Shown: positions 48,042 through 58,302 of the stretch, piece by piece
Layout: every line of letters starts with the position of its first letter
How positions within the stretch are numbered: position 1 is the first letter of the stretch
NCBI GenBank assembly: GCA_017456765.1
Contig: JAFTIR010000039.1
Span: forward strand, 93,832 to 157,831
Length of the DNA: 64,000 nucleotides
Direction: 5' to 3'
Source of the DNA: Clostridia bacterium
GTDB taxonomy: Bacteria; Bacillota; Clostridia; Oscillospirales; CAG-382
Notes under the pieces: model-generated
Seen by the model: only the letters and a program-made list of their open reading frames with translations
The model's database searches: none
Told to the model about the DNA's origin: nothing
Program-made: the position numbers and the translations under genes

Positions 48042-48174
48042 GCGGCGAGCCGCCGCGGGCATTTTCGCGGGAATACTTTGCGACAAACGAACTGTTTGCA
48101 TCGCGAAACAAAATCTTTGCGGCTATCAAATACCGACAGCCGCAAAGTGAAAAAATAAGAGGAAAAACAAAAAA

Positions 48175-48591
48175 ATGAGAATTTTAGGAATAGACTACGG
48201 TGATGTAAGAGTCGGTCTTGCCATAAGCGACCCTACCGAATTTTTGGCAAGCGGAATAGGCAACGTAGTTATAAAAGGTATGAATGACGCAGTGGAAAAG
48301 GTCTGCGAAAAAATCAAAGAAACGAGTGCTGAAAAAATAGTTCTCGGTCTTCCCGTAAACATGAACGGAACACAGGGGGATAAGGCGGAAAAAATCAAGG
48401 TGTTCTCCGAAAAGCTAAAGGAAGCCTCGGGTCTTGATATAGACTTTATTGATGAGCGAAGAACCACAATTATGGCACACGGTTTCATGAACGAAACCGG
48501 AACTCACGGGAAGAAGAGAAAAGATGCGGTTGATACACTTTCCGCTCAGATTATTCTTCAGACCTATCTTGATATGAAAAGGGGAAAATAA
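48175..48591 (+). CDS. ruvX: Holliday-junction resolvase-like nuclease RuvX (YqgF)
   Basis: MRILGIDYGDVRVGLAISD N-terminus in a 138-aa protein. Confidence 0.9.
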   Translation: MRILGIDYGDVRVGLAISDPTEFLASGIGNVVIKGMNDAVEKVCEKIKETSAEKIVLGLPVNMNGTQGDKAEKIKVFSEKLKEASGLDIDFIDERRTTIMAHGFMNETGTHGKKRKDAVDTLSAQIILQTYLDMKRGK

Positions 48592-49337
48592 TGAGCTTTT
48601 CTACAAAGCAGGCAATACTTGACTATTGCATCCTTAATAACATTGAAATCTCCGAGGATACGGCACAAAAGTTTGAAGCTCTCTCAGATGAACTTGAAAA
48701 ATTCAATGCCCATACGAATGTAACAGCTCTCAAAACACGTGAGGACATTGCAATAAAGCACTTTGCAGATTCACTTGCGGTGCTCAAATATGACCTTATA
48801 AAAAAGAATGCAAATGTAATAGATATAGGATGTGGTGCAGGCTTTCCGGGACTTCCCGTAAAAATGCTCCGCCCCGATATAAAGATTACGTTTGTTGACA
48901 GCACTGCAAAGAAACTGAAATTCACAAGCTCTGTTGCAGAGCTTTTCGAAATGAGCGACGTTGAGGTTTGTCCCGAAAGAGCAGAGGAGTTAGTAAGCAA
49001 AGGAAAGCGCGAAAAATATGATGTTGCACTTTCCCGTGCGGTGGCATCGCTTCCTGTTCTTGTAGAGCTTGTACTGCCGTTCGTAAAGGTGGGCGGATGC
49101 TTTGTCGCATATAAAAGCTCACTTGAGGCAGACACAGCCAACAAGGAAAGCGAGCTTTCAAAAGCAATGGGCGGTATCAAAAAGCTTGGCGGAAAGGTAG
49201 AAGCTGTTCTTGATGCTTCTCTTCCCGGTGCAAATGACGAAACCCAGAAGCATAGCCTAATAGTTATAAGAAAAACTTCCAGAACGCCTGACAGTTTCCC
49301 GAGAAGATATGCGCAAATTGTCAAAAAGCCTCTATAA
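48591..49337 (+). CDS. rsmG: 16S rRNA (guanine527-N7)-methyltransferase
   Basis: SAM motif VIDIGCGAGFPGLP and VDSTAKK, typical of the GidB family. Confidence 0.9.
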   Translation: MSFSTKQAILDYCILNNIEISEDTAQKFEALSDELEKFNAHTNVTALKTREDIAIKHFADSLAVLKYDLIKKNANVIDIGCGAGFPGLPVKMLRPDIKITFVDSTAKKLKFTSSVAELFEMSDVEVCPERAEELVSKGKREKYDVALSRAVASLPVLVELVLPFVKVGGCFVAYKSSLEADTANKESELSKAMGGIKKLGGKVEAVLDASLPGANDETQKHSLIVIRKTSRTPDSFPRRYAQIVKKPL

Positions 49338-49425
49338 AATCAAATATTCAATCGACACGCTTTTAGCCTTTTTTTACATGCGGTTATGTATAATAGCCGT
49401 GTATGTTTTTAAGGAGGTAAAAAGC

Positions 49426-50091
49426 GTGTCGGATTTTTTTTATAAGGAGAGACTGGGACCTGTATTTTCTCCCGTCATAAATGTAAAACACGAAAATATT
49501 TCACAGGCGGTGGTTTCTGCAATAGACAATCTTCTCTCGCCAGCAGGCAATATGTTTACAAGGGCGGAAACGGTAAGAAATCTTATGAAAGTCGAGAAAT
49601 TGAGTCTTGAGCAGGCGGCGAAGGCACTGTCGTTAAAACTTCCGGATGTTGCCAACAAACTGAGACTTTTGGAGTTTTCGCAAAAGGAAAGAAGTGCAAT
49701 TCTGAAGTATGGCTTTTCTGAGGCAAGCGCTCTTGAATTTTTACGTCTTGACAAAATTTCAAGGCTTTATGCCATAGAATATTGCAGAAAAAACAACTTT
49801 GACACCGAGGGGATAAAGGCATATGTTGACAGCTCTATCGAAACAAAAAAGACGAAAAGAGCAGAAACAAAAGAAAAAATCGAGTCTGTCAGAAAATTTG
49901 TGATAAATGATGTGGGTTTTCTTTTTAATTCCATTGAAAATGTAATCAGGCTTGCAAAGAACGCAGGATTTGAAGTTGATGATAAAAAGAGCGAAACCGA
50001 GGACTGCTATGACATACATATCAGCGTAAAAAAACAAGGCAAAAGAATGGCAGAAGTTGACAAAAAAAACAAGGAAGAGTATAATATATAA
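49426..50091 (+). CDS. ParB/Noc-like HTH protein lacking the N-terminal ParB (CTPase) domain
   Basis: The GTG at 49426 lies 7 nt after AAGGAGGT. LSLEQAAKALSLKLPDVANKLRLLEF matches the ParB HTH plus the (N)xLRLL motif. Only about 45 residues precede it and there is no GERR-type box. Confidence 0.6.
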   Translation: MSDFFYKERLGPVFSPVINVKHENISQAVVSAIDNLLSPAGNMFTRAETVRNLMKVEKLSLEQAAKALSLKLPDVANKLRLLEFSQKERSAILKYGFSEASALEFLRLDKISRLYAIEYCRKNNFDTEGIKAYVDSSIETKKTKRAETKEKIESVRKFVINDVGFLFNSIENVIRLAKNAGFEVDDKKSETEDCYDIHISVKKQGKRMAEVDKKNKEEYNI

Positions 50092-50120
50092 AAATCACTT
50101 TGGGGTGAGGTTATACTTTT

Positions 50121-51290
50121 ATGGTTACTTTTTTGTCAAAACTTTTTATAAAGGATTATAAAAACTATGAAAACTCGGTCGTACGCGGAAAATACGGACT
50201 TCTGTGTGCTGTATGGGGCATAGTTCTCAATCTGTTGCTTTTTGCGGCAAAAATGATTGCAGGTGTACTTTCAAACTCGGTATCTGTACTTGCAGATGCT
50301 TTCAATAACCTTTCGGATGCAGGCTCGTCACTCGTTACCCTTTTCGGCTTCAAGGCGGCATCAAAAAAGGCAGACTCCGACCATCCTTTCGGACATGGAA
50401 GATATGAGTATATTGCAGGTCTTGTGGTTTCGGTACTTATAGTTGTAATGGGCGTTGAGTTTATCAAAACCTCTGTCGGGAAGATTGCTTCGGGAGAAAA
50501 TGATACCCACTTTACTGTTATGACAGGAGTCATACTTCTTGCTTCAATTCTTGTAAAGGTATATGTTTGCATATTTAATAAGAGCATAGGAAAGAAAATT
50601 TCCTCACCTGCACTTCTTGCTACAGGCACGGATGCTTTGTCTGACTGCGTTGCCACTTTTGCTATCATAGTGTCGGCGGTGATTTCCAACGTTACTGATT
50701 TTGCGGCGGACGGTTGGTGCGGTCTTATCGTGTCCTTTATGATAATTGTTGCAGGAATAAATGCGGCAAAAGAAACCATCAATCCTCTTCTCGGGCAAAT
50801 GCCGAGCAAGGAGTTTGTCGAAAAGGTGTCGTCTCTTTTGCTTTCACACGAGGAAATAGTCGGTATTCACGACCTTATTGTGCACGACTATGCCCCGGGA
50901 CACATTATGATTTCGGTTCATGCGGAAATCTCGGACAAATCTGACCTTATAGAAGCCCATGAGCTTATTGATAATGTTGAGCGGGAGATTGCCGAAAAAC
51001 TCGACTGTGAGGCGGTAATACATATGGACCCGATTTCTACCGATGATGAGAGAGTACATGAGGTAAAGCAAAAGGTCTGCGAAGTTCTTCTTGCAATACA
51101 TGAGGATGTTACCATTCACGATTTTCGCATGGTTGACGGCAATACACTTACAAATCTCATTTTTGATATAGTTGTTCCGTTTGATGTGAAAATGGAACGG
51201 GATGAAATCAAAAAGGAAGCCGACAGGCTTGTAAAGACGATTGACAAAAAATACAATGCGGTTGTTGATGTTGACAGGAAAATGGTGTGA
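50121..51290 (+). CDS. cation diffusion facilitator (CDF) family metal efflux transporter
   Basis: Six TM segments with LADAFNNLSDAG and ALSD metal-site motifs, plus a C-terminal cytoplasmic domain (IHDLIVHDY). Confidence 0.88.
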   Translation: MVTFLSKLFIKDYKNYENSVVRGKYGLLCAVWGIVLNLLLFAAKMIAGVLSNSVSVLADAFNNLSDAGSSLVTLFGFKAASKKADSDHPFGHGRYEYIAGLVVSVLIVVMGVEFIKTSVGKIASGENDTHFTVMTGVILLASILVKVYVCIFNKSIGKKISSPALLATGTDALSDCVATFAIIVSAVISNVTDFAADGWCGLIVSFMIIVAGINAAKETINPLLGQMPSKEFVEKVSSLLLSHEEIVGIHDLIVHDYAPGHIMISVHAEISDKSDLIEAHELIDNVEREIAEKLDCEAVIHMDPISTDDERVHEVKQKVCEVLLAIHEDVTIHDFRMVDGNTLTNLIFDIVVPFDVKMERDEIKKEADRLVKTIDKKYNAVVDVDRKMV

Positions 51291-51304
51291 GAGGGGATAT
51301 GAAT

Positions 51305-51493
51305 ATGGATAGAAAAGAAACGGGATGTAATTGTGATTTCTGCGTCCATTACGATTGGGACGAGGATGGGGAATACTACGAATGTAATATGAACCTTGAT
51401 GAAGATGAAATGGTGTATTTCCTCAAAGGACAATATAAGAATTGCCCATATTTCCAGAGTTATGATGAGTATAAAATCGCAAGAAAACAGTAG
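51305..51493 (+). CDS. small acidic Cys-rich protein (62 aa)
   Basis: MDRKETGCNCDFCVHYDWDEDGEYYECNMNLDEDEMVYFLKGQYKNCPYFQSY. The ATG at 51305 lies 8 nt after GAGAGGGG and 14 nt after the CDF stop. The ORF could extend to 51287 or 51299. Confidence 0.6.
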   Translation: MDRKETGCNCDFCVHYDWDEDGEYYECNMNLDEDEMVYFLKGQYKNCPYFQSYDEYKIARKQ

Positions 51494-51634
51494 AAAAAGC
51501 AGGAGTTTGTCGTTATAAGTTTTCTCAATGTTTATAATTTTGTTAATTTATGCAAAATACACTTGATATTTGCTTTTGTTTAGTCTATAATTAGATACGG
51601 ATAAAAGTACCCGAGGCGAAAGTGAGTGATATAA

Positions 51635-51895
51635 ATGTTTGAAAACAGAAACGACCAGACAAAGACTTTTTCAATATCCAAACTCAAGGAGCTTGAAACA
51701 AAACAGACTTTGAGACAGGTTTATGATGCATTGGTTGAAAAGGGCTATAATCCCATAAATCAGATTGTCGGCTATATTCTGTCCGAGGACCCGACTTATA
51801 TTACAAGCTATAATAATGCCCGCGGACTTATCAGAAAGCTTGACAGGGATGAACTTATGAAGATTCTTGTCAACAGCTATCTGAAAAACGACTAA
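51635..51895 (+). CDS. ireB: IreB-family regulatory phosphoprotein (UPF0297)
   Basis: [46 protein letters not shown] is the conserved UPF0297 core. Confidence 0.85.
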   Translation: MFENRNDQTKTFSISKLKELETKQTLRQVYDALVEKGYNPINQIVGYILSEDPTYITSYNNARGLIRKLDRDELMKILVNSYLKND

Positions 51896-51916
51896 AGCCG
51901 AAAGGAAGATTTTAAA

Positions 51917-52186
51917 ATGGCACAGCCAATGATTTATAAGGGTCGTCCTGTTGTAAGGGACGGAAACAAGCTTTATTTCGGAGAACCTGCCAATCCCTTT
52001 ATTGTGGTTCTCACAGTTCTCCAGAATGTAAATGATGTTCCCTCAAGAATTCTTGTACAGCTCCAGAACACAGACCCCGCACTTGCTTTTTCAAACGAAA
52101 AAATCGTAAAGGAAGCTGAAAGAAAGAACCTTTTTGATGCTTTTGAAATTGGTTCTCTCTGGCTTGAAAAGCAATTGTCTGAATAG
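51917..52186 (+). CDS. 89-aa protein of unknown function
   Basis: AAAGGAAG SD 8 nt upstream. A strong terminator follows. Confidence 0.55.
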   Translation: MAQPMIYKGRPVVRDGNKLYFGEPANPFIVVLTVLQNVNDVPSRILVQLQNTDPALAFSNEKIVKEAERKNLFDAFEIGSLWLEKQLSE

Positions 52187-52193
52187 CCCTCTT

Positions 52194-52222
52194 CGCCCCG
52201 CTTTGTGCGGGGCGCTTTTTTT
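52194..52222 (+). terminator. intrinsic terminator
   Basis: CGCCCCGC / GCGGGGCG stem followed by CTTTTTTT. Confidence 0.85.
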
Positions 52223-52420
52223 AACAAACTTGAAATTCGGTTTTCCTTATAATTGACAAAAATTGTGCAAAACAAACAAAATAGTTCGGATTTTTTTACG
52301 TGTTTACATATAAATAACAAATTATGATAAAAAACTTTTAATATTCTGCTTCCAAATTGTTGATTTAAAAATAGTAATGTGGTATTATATATATAAGAAT
52401 AACTATGGAAAGGTGTAAGT

Positions 52421-54304
52421 ATGGCAGTAAAGAAGGAAAATCTGGCACAGTACTATTTTCATGAAGGCACAAATTATGCCGCATATGACTATATGGGTGC
52501 TCACTTTGATAACAAAAAAAATGCGTACACCTTCAGAACCTGGGCGCCCAATGCAGATGAGGTTTACCTTGCTGCGGACTTTAACGGTTGGAAAAAAACA
52601 CATCCCATGACAAGGGAAAGCGAAGGCGGTGTATGGAGCATTGAGGTCGGGGCGGAGTGCTTTGCTGAGAGCGATATTTATAAATATATAGTTGTGCGCG
52701 GCACGCAGAGCGTGTATAAAGCAGACCCGTATGCTTTTTATGCCGAGCTTCCTCCAAAGACGGCTTCAAGAATTTTTGATATTTCAAAGTATGAATGGAA
52801 TGATTCGGGTTTTCTTAAATACAGAAAGAAGACCATGAAAGAGCCGTACGGCGTGCCGATGAATATTTATGAAGTTCATGCAGGCTCGTGGAAACTTAAG
52901 GAGGATGGCGGTTTTCTAAGTTACAGAGAGCTTGCCCTTGAGCTTGCACCCTATGTTAAAAAAATGGGATATACCCATGTTGAACTAATGCCGATTATGG
53001 AGCATCCCTTTGACGGTTCATGGGGTTATCAGGTGACGGGATATTTTGCACCTACCTCAAGATACGGAAACCCTGATGACTTCAAGTTTTTTGTAGATTA
53101 TATGCACTCGGCAGGAATAGGAGTGATTCTCGATTGGGTGCCTGCCCATTTTCCAAAGGACGGTCATGGACTTTACGAATTTGACGGAGGTCCTTTATAT
53201 GAATATCAGGGCTGGGACAGAATTGAAAGCCGTGGCTGGGGAACAAGACGCTTTGATGTGGGACGAAACGAAATACAATCTTTCCTTGTTTCAAACGCCC
53301 TTTTTTGGCTGAAGGAATACCATGTCGACGGTTTGAGGGTTGATGCCGTCGCATCAATGCTTTATCTTGACTTTGACAGAGAGCCCGGCGAATGGTGTCC
53401 CAATGAGGACGGAAGTAATCATTGTAAAGAGGCGGTTGCATTCTTCCAAAAGCTCTCACGGATAATCCGCGAAAAATTCCCGGATACACTTCTGATTGCC
53501 GAGGAATCCACGAGCTGGAAGGATGTCACAAAACCCGAGGGACTCGGTTTTACGCATAAGTGGAATATGGGCTGGATGAATGATGTTCTCAAATATGTCG
53601 AAACCGACCCCGTGTTCAGAAAATACCATCATGAAAAGCTAACATTCTCCCTTATGTATGCCTTTAATGAGAACTTTATTCTGCCAATATCCCATGACGA
53701 AGTAGTGCATGGAAAAAAATCGCTTTTGGATAAAGCGGTTGGTGATTACTGGCAGAAGTTTGCATCGACAAGAGCTTTTATGACTTATATGATGACTCAT
53801 CCTGGTAAAAAGCTTCACTTCATGGGCAATGAAATCGGACAGTTCCGTGAGTGGGACTATAAGGGCAGCATAGAATGGTTTTTGCTCGATTATGAAATGC
53901 ACAGAAAATTCCAGGAATTCTGCAAGGATTTGAACTTTGTTTATCTTGAAAACAAATCCATGTGGGAGATTGAAAACTCCTGGTCGGGCTTTCAGTGGAT
54001 AGATGCGGATAACAGAGACTGGAGTATTTTATCCTATGTCCGCTATGATTCAAAGGGCAATGCCGATATTGTAATAGTAAACCTTACGCCTGTCGGACGG
54101 TACGGATATATCTGCGGAGTACCGTACGGCGGTGAGTATGAGGAGCTGATAAACAGCGATAACCTGAAGTATGGCGGTACGGGAATGATAAATGCAGATG
54201 CCATAGCTTCAAGGAACGAGGGCTGTCACAATATGCCATATTCCATTCAGCTCGATATAGGCCCTTATGGCTCGGTTGTGCTGAAGAATGTAAGAAAAAA
54301 GTAA
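52421..54304 (+). CDS. glgB: 1,4-alpha-glucan branching enzyme
   Basis: GH13 regions DWVPAHF, DGLRVDAVASMLY, IAEESTSW and SHDEVVHGK. Confidence 0.93.
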   Translation: MAVKKENLAQYYFHEGTNYAAYDYMGAHFDNKKNAYTFRTWAPNADEVYLAADFNGWKKTHPMTRESEGGVWSIEVGAECFAESDIYKYIVVRGTQSVYKADPYAFYAELPPKTASRIFDISKYEWNDSGFLKYRKKTMKEPYGVPMNIYEVHAGSWKLKEDGGFLSYRELALELAPYVKKMGYTHVELMPIMEHPFDGSWGYQVTGYFAPTSRYGNPDDFKFFVDYMHSAGIGVILDWVPAHFPKDGHGLYEFDGGPLYEYQGWDRIESRGWGTRRFDVGRNEIQSFLVSNALFWLKEYHVDGLRVDAVASMLYLDFDREPGEWCPNEDGSNHCKEAVAFFQKLSRIIREKFPDTLLIAEESTSWKDVTKPEGLGFTHKWNMGWMNDVLKYVETDPVFRKYHHEKLTFSLMYAFNENFILPISHDEVVHGKKSLLDKAVGDYWQKFASTRAFMTYMMTHPGKKLHFMGNEIGQFREWDYKGSIEWFLLDYEMHRKFQEFCKDLNFVYLENKSMWEIENSWSGFQWIDADNRDWSILSYVRYDSKGNADIVIVNLTPVGRYGYICGVPYGGEYEELINSDNLKYGGTGMINADAIASRNEGCHNMPYSIQLDIGPYGSVVLKNVRKK

Positions 54305-54343
54305 ATTAAAACGAGAATAAAACGTTCAGGAGGTTTTATATAA

Positions 54344-55549
54344 ATGTTTAAGAAAAAAGAGTGTATTGCAATGTTGCTTGCAGGTGGACAGGGCTCAAGA
54401 CTCTATGCACTGACTGAATTTACGGCAAAGCCTGCCGTATCCTTTGGTTCAAAATACCGCATTATCGACTTTCCGCTTTCAAATTGTATCAACTCAAATA
54501 TTGATACCGTGGGTGTTCTTACCCAATATCAGCCCTTACAGCTGAATGAATATATCGGAAACGGTCAGCCTTGGGATCTTGACAGAACCTTCGGCGGAGT
54601 TACCGTGCTTCCTCCTTATCAGGGCAAGAACGGTGCTGACTGGTATAAGGGTACTGCAAATGCCATTTATCAGAACCTCAAGTATATCGAAAGATATGAC
54701 CCGGAATATGTACTCATTCTTTCGGGAGACCATATTTACAAAATGGACTATGCAAAGATGCTTGCGTTCCATAAGAAGACAGGCGCTGCTTGTACAATAA
54801 GCGTACTCAATGTTCCCATTGAAGAGGCAAGCAGATTTGGTATTCTGTCTTCTGACGAAAACAATAAAATATTCAAGTTTGAGGAAAAGCCGCCTCATCC
54901 TCAAAGCACAAAGGCGTCCATGGGTATTTACATATTCAATAAGGACGTGCTTTTCAAGTACCTTGAAGAGGATGAACACACAGAAGGCTCTTCCAATGAC
55001 TTTGGTAAAAATATTATCCCCACAATGCTTCAGAGGGGTGAACCCATGTATGCCTATGAATTTGACGGCTACTGGAAGGACGTCGGAACAATCAAGAGTC
55101 TTTGGGAAGCAAATATGGATTTGCTTGGAGAAAATCCCGAGTTTGACATTGATGACGATAAGTGGAGATTCCGTTCGAGAAATGCGGCGGCAGCGCCTCA
55201 GTTTATCGGAGAAAATGCCGTTGTTGAAAACTCTATTATCACAGAGGGCTGTGTAATAAACGGGACTGTTATCAACTCTGTTCTCTCGGCAAATGTTACG
55301 GTTGAAGAGGGCGCAGTTGTAAAGGATTCTGTAATAATGCAGGGTACAATCGTGAAGAAGAACGCGTCGGTTCTTTATTCAATCATTGATGAAGAAGCGA
55401 TAGTCGGCGAGGATGCCGTTGTCGGCAATGATAAGGAAAACGCGAAAGAAGTAACCGTTCTTGGCATGGGCGCGGATTTACCCAAGGGCGCAAAGATTGA
55501 AGAAGGAAAAATTCTTTCGGCAGAAGACGTGAAGGGAGGCAAAAACTGA
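54344..55549 (+). CDS. glgC: glucose-1-phosphate adenylyltransferase
   Basis: [10 protein letters not shown] nucleotide-binding loop, [11 protein letters not shown], and a C-terminal left-handed beta-helix. Confidence 0.92.
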   Translation: MFKKKECIAMLLAGGQGSRLYALTEFTAKPAVSFGSKYRIIDFPLSNCINSNIDTVGVLTQYQPLQLNEYIGNGQPWDLDRTFGGVTVLPPYQGKNGADWYKGTANAIYQNLKYIERYDPEYVLILSGDHIYKMDYAKMLAFHKKTGAACTISVLNVPIEEASRFGILSSDENNKIFKFEEKPPHPQSTKASMGIYIFNKDVLFKYLEEDEHTEGSSNDFGKNIIPTMLQRGEPMYAYEFDGYWKDVGTIKSLWEANMDLLGENPEFDIDDDKWRFRSRNAAAAPQFIGENAVVENSIITEGCVINGTVINSVLSANVTVEEGAVVKDSVIMQGTIVKKNASVLYSIIDEEAIVGEDAVVGNDKENAKEVTVLGMGADLPKGAKIEEGKILSAEDVKGGKN

Positions 55550-56685
55550 TGGTAACGGCAGCAGGACTTATTTTTTCAAATATACACGATAAAAACGTTC
55601 CCGAGCTTACTCAGAAGAGAAGTATGGCATCGGTTCCCTTCGGTGGAAGATACAGACTTGTAGACTTTGCTCTTTCCAATATGGTAAATGCAGATATTAC
55701 AAAAGTCGGTATAATCACTCACTATAATTATCAGTCGCTTGTTGACCATCTTGGTACAGGTAAGGATTGGGACCTTGCAAGAAGCACAGGGGGTCTTAAA
55801 ATTCTTCCTCCTCAGATTACAACATTTGATAATGCAGGAGCAAAGACTGTATTTTCCTCTCGCCTTGAAGCACTTATGAACGCATATAACTTCGTTTCGA
55901 AGAGTACAGAGGAATATATTGTTCTTTCTGACTGTGACATTGTATGTAACATAGACCTTCGCGATGTTATAAAAGCTCATGTCGATAACGGTGTGGATAT
56001 TACCATTGTAACAAAGAATGTATATCTCAGCCATGAAATGGCAAAAAACTGTACAATAGTTGAGTCTGACAAGGATGGCAGAGTAACAAATCTTATTGAT
56101 AATCCTGCATCCATGGAAGGTCTTATGGATTTATGCCTTAATATTTTTGTACTTAAGAGGGAGTATCTCAATAACATAATTCTCGATACACTTTCCCGCG
56201 GCTATAAGAGCTTCACAAGAGATGTAATTGCCGCAAACAAGGACACAATGAAGTTCATGAAGTACGAGTATGAGGGTTATTTTGCAACAATCAATACTCT
56301 TGACGGATATTTTAAGAGTAGTATGGATTTCCTCAGTAAGGACGTAAGAGATTGCATTTTCGGCGTAAAATCAAGACCTGTTTATACAAAGGTTAAAAAC
56401 TCTGCGCCTGCGAAGTATATGGGAGATGCTGTTGTTAAAAACTCCCTTATTGCCGATGGCTGTGTTATTGAGGGTGAGGTTGAAAACTCCATTCTGTTCA
56501 GGGGTGTTCATGTAGGTAAGGGTACGGTTATAAAGAACTGTATCATTATGCAGGATTCTACGATTGGAAGAGATGTAAATCTCAACTGTGTAATTGCGGA
56601 TAAGAATGTTGTTATCAAGGACGGAAGAAACCTTTCCGGACATGAAACACATCCATTCCCGATTGCAAAAGGTACTACCATTTGA
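55549..56685 (+). CDS. glgD: glucose-1-phosphate adenylyltransferase regulatory subunit GlgD
   Basis: A paralogue of GlgC that lacks the GGxGxRL loop (MASVPFGGRYRLVDFALSN). ATGA overlap with glgC. Confidence 0.85.
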   Translation: MVTAAGLIFSNIHDKNVPELTQKRSMASVPFGGRYRLVDFALSNMVNADITKVGIITHYNYQSLVDHLGTGKDWDLARSTGGLKILPPQITTFDNAGAKTVFSSRLEALMNAYNFVSKSTEEYIVLSDCDIVCNIDLRDVIKAHVDNGVDITIVTKNVYLSHEMAKNCTIVESDKDGRVTNLIDNPASMEGLMDLCLNIFVLKREYLNNIILDTLSRGYKSFTRDVIAANKDTMKFMKYEYEGYFATINTLDGYFKSSMDFLSKDVRDCIFGVKSRPVYTKVKNSAPAKYMGDAVVKNSLIADGCVIEGEVENSILFRGVHVGKGTVIKNCIIMQDSTIGRDVNLNCVIADKNVVIKDGRNLSGHETHPFPIAKGTTI

Positions 56686-56731
56686 TGCAAAGTGCCGAGT
56701 ATGGAATGAAGAATTAGGACAGGTGAAAGAT

Positions 56732-58186
56732 ATGGCAACAAAGAAGAAAAAGAAAATACTTATGGTCGGCGGAGAAGCAATGCCCTTTGCTGCAACAGGC
56801 GGTCTTGGTGATGTTTTGGGCTCTTTGCCTTCATCGGTGAAGGCAGAAATGAAGGATGCGGATGTACGTCTTGTTATGCCGCTTTACAGTGCCATGAAGG
56901 ATGAATACAGAAAGCTGCTTCAGGTAGAATGTGTTTTTGAAGTTTCTCTTGCGTGGCGTAATCAGTATTGCGGAGTTCTCAGCCTTGAAAAAGACGGTGT
57001 GATATATTATTTTATTGATAATGAATATTACTTCAAACGCCCCGATATGTACGGCAACTTTGATGACGGCGAAAGATATGCTTTTTTCTGTAAGGCAGTA
57101 ATGCAGATGATGCCGCGTCTTGGCTTCTATCCTGACATTCTTCATGCCCATGACTGGCAGAGTGCACTTACTATGGTGTATCTCAAAACAGAATACAGGG
57201 ATGTGCCGGAGTATAAGAACATGAAGGGTATTTACACCATTCATAATATTGCATATCAGGGAAAATACGATATGGGTATACTTTGGGATATTTTCGGCAT
57301 AGACTATAAATATGCTTCTATTCTGAGCTATGACGGATGTATCAATCTTATGAAGGGTGCAATTGTGTGTGCCGACAGGGTTACAACTGTAAGCCCTACC
57401 TACTCAAAGGAAATAAAATATCCCGAGCATTCCGAGGGACTTCATTATATTCTCAGAGAGAATAACTATAAACTGTCGGGAATTCTCAATGGTATTGACT
57501 ATGATTACTATAATCCCGAAACAGATGGGGCTATAAAGGCGACGTTTACAGCTGATGACCTTTCGGGTAAGGCGAAATGTAAGAAGGCACTCCAAAAGGA
57601 ATGCGGACTTCCGGAGAAAAAGAATGTTCCTCTTATTGCAATTATTACCCGTCTTGCAGGTCATAAGGGTCTTGACCTTGTGGAACGCATAATGGAGGGC
57701 GTCGTTGCAAATAATGATGTCCAACTTGTAATACTTGGTAAGGGCGAAGAAAGATACGAAAACTATTTTAAGTATCTCGATGCAAAATATCCCGATAAGG
57801 TAAAAGCACTTATAACATACGACAGAGACCTGTCAAAGAGGATTTATGCAGCTGCCGACATTTTTGTGATGCCCTCAAAGAGCGAGCCTTGCGGTCTTGC
57901 ACAGATGATTGCATCCCGCTATGGTGCTGTCCCCGTAACAAGAGAAACAGGCGGTCTTTACGACTCCATTAAGGGATATTATGAGCTTGACGGAGAAATA
58001 TATGGCAACGGATTTACCTTTGCCAATTATTCGGAAGCCGAGCTCAAGGACCGTATTGAAGCGGCACTCGGGCTGTATGCTGACTGCGAAAAGTGGACCC
58101 GTTTGACAAAAAAGATAATGAATATAGACTTCAGTTGGAATATTTCAGCTAAAAAGTATATTGAAATGTACGAAAATTTGTGTTAG
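56732..58186 (+). CDS. glgA: glycogen synthase (ADP-glucose type)
   Basis: ILMVGGEAMPFAATGGLGDV N-terminal motif and C-terminal SEPCGLAQM. The start is set at the ATG at 56732 (MATKKKKK); the ORF extension overlaps glgD. Confidence 0.92.
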   Translation: MATKKKKKILMVGGEAMPFAATGGLGDVLGSLPSSVKAEMKDADVRLVMPLYSAMKDEYRKLLQVECVFEVSLAWRNQYCGVLSLEKDGVIYYFIDNEYYFKRPDMYGNFDDGERYAFFCKAVMQMMPRLGFYPDILHAHDWQSALTMVYLKTEYRDVPEYKNMKGIYTIHNIAYQGKYDMGILWDIFGIDYKYASILSYDGCINLMKGAIVCADRVTTVSPTYSKEIKYPEHSEGLHYILRENNYKLSGILNGIDYDYYNPETDGAIKATFTADDLSGKAKCKKALQKECGLPEKKNVPLIAIITRLAGHKGLDLVERIMEGVVANNDVQLVILGKGEERYENYFKYLDAKYPDKVKALITYDRDLSKRIYAAADIFVMPSKSEPCGLAQMIASRYGAVPVTRETGGLYDSIKGYYELDGEIYGNGFTFANYSEAELKDRIEAALGLYADCEKWTRLTKKIMNIDFSWNISAKKYIEMYENLC

Positions 58187-58213
58187 AATTATTCTAAGGT
58201 AATTTTATTCTTC

Positions 58214-58240
58214 GGGGTGATATTATTCACCCCTTTTAAT
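58214..58240 (+). terminator. intrinsic terminator between glgA and glgP
   Basis: GGGGTGA / TCACCCC stem followed by TTTTAATT. Confidence 0.75.
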
Positions 58241-58302
58241 TGTTTTATATGGGTAAAATTATCCCCATTTATCCGCAATAAACTGAAAGGTTGATATAAT
58301 AA

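Noticed and set aside
48043-48174. Hairpins between rnpB and ruvX (CGCGGC/GCCGCG at about 48040..48056, one at about 48078..48107, and CTTTGCGGCT/AGCCGCAAAG at 48115..48147)
   Set aside because: They are most simply the rnpB 3' processing/termination structures and the ruvX leader. None has a clean T-run on the plus strand or any motif suggesting a separate RNA gene.
48623-49324. 233-aa minus-strand ORF antisense to rsmG; similar cases at 50165..50809 (antisense to the CDF gene), 25710..26492 (antisense to the SBP gene) and 37896..38546 (antisense to lexA)
   Set aside because: Each lies entirely inside a plus-strand gene with strong family motifs. The translations are Ser/Leu/Phe-rich with no recognisable domain, so these are shadow frames.
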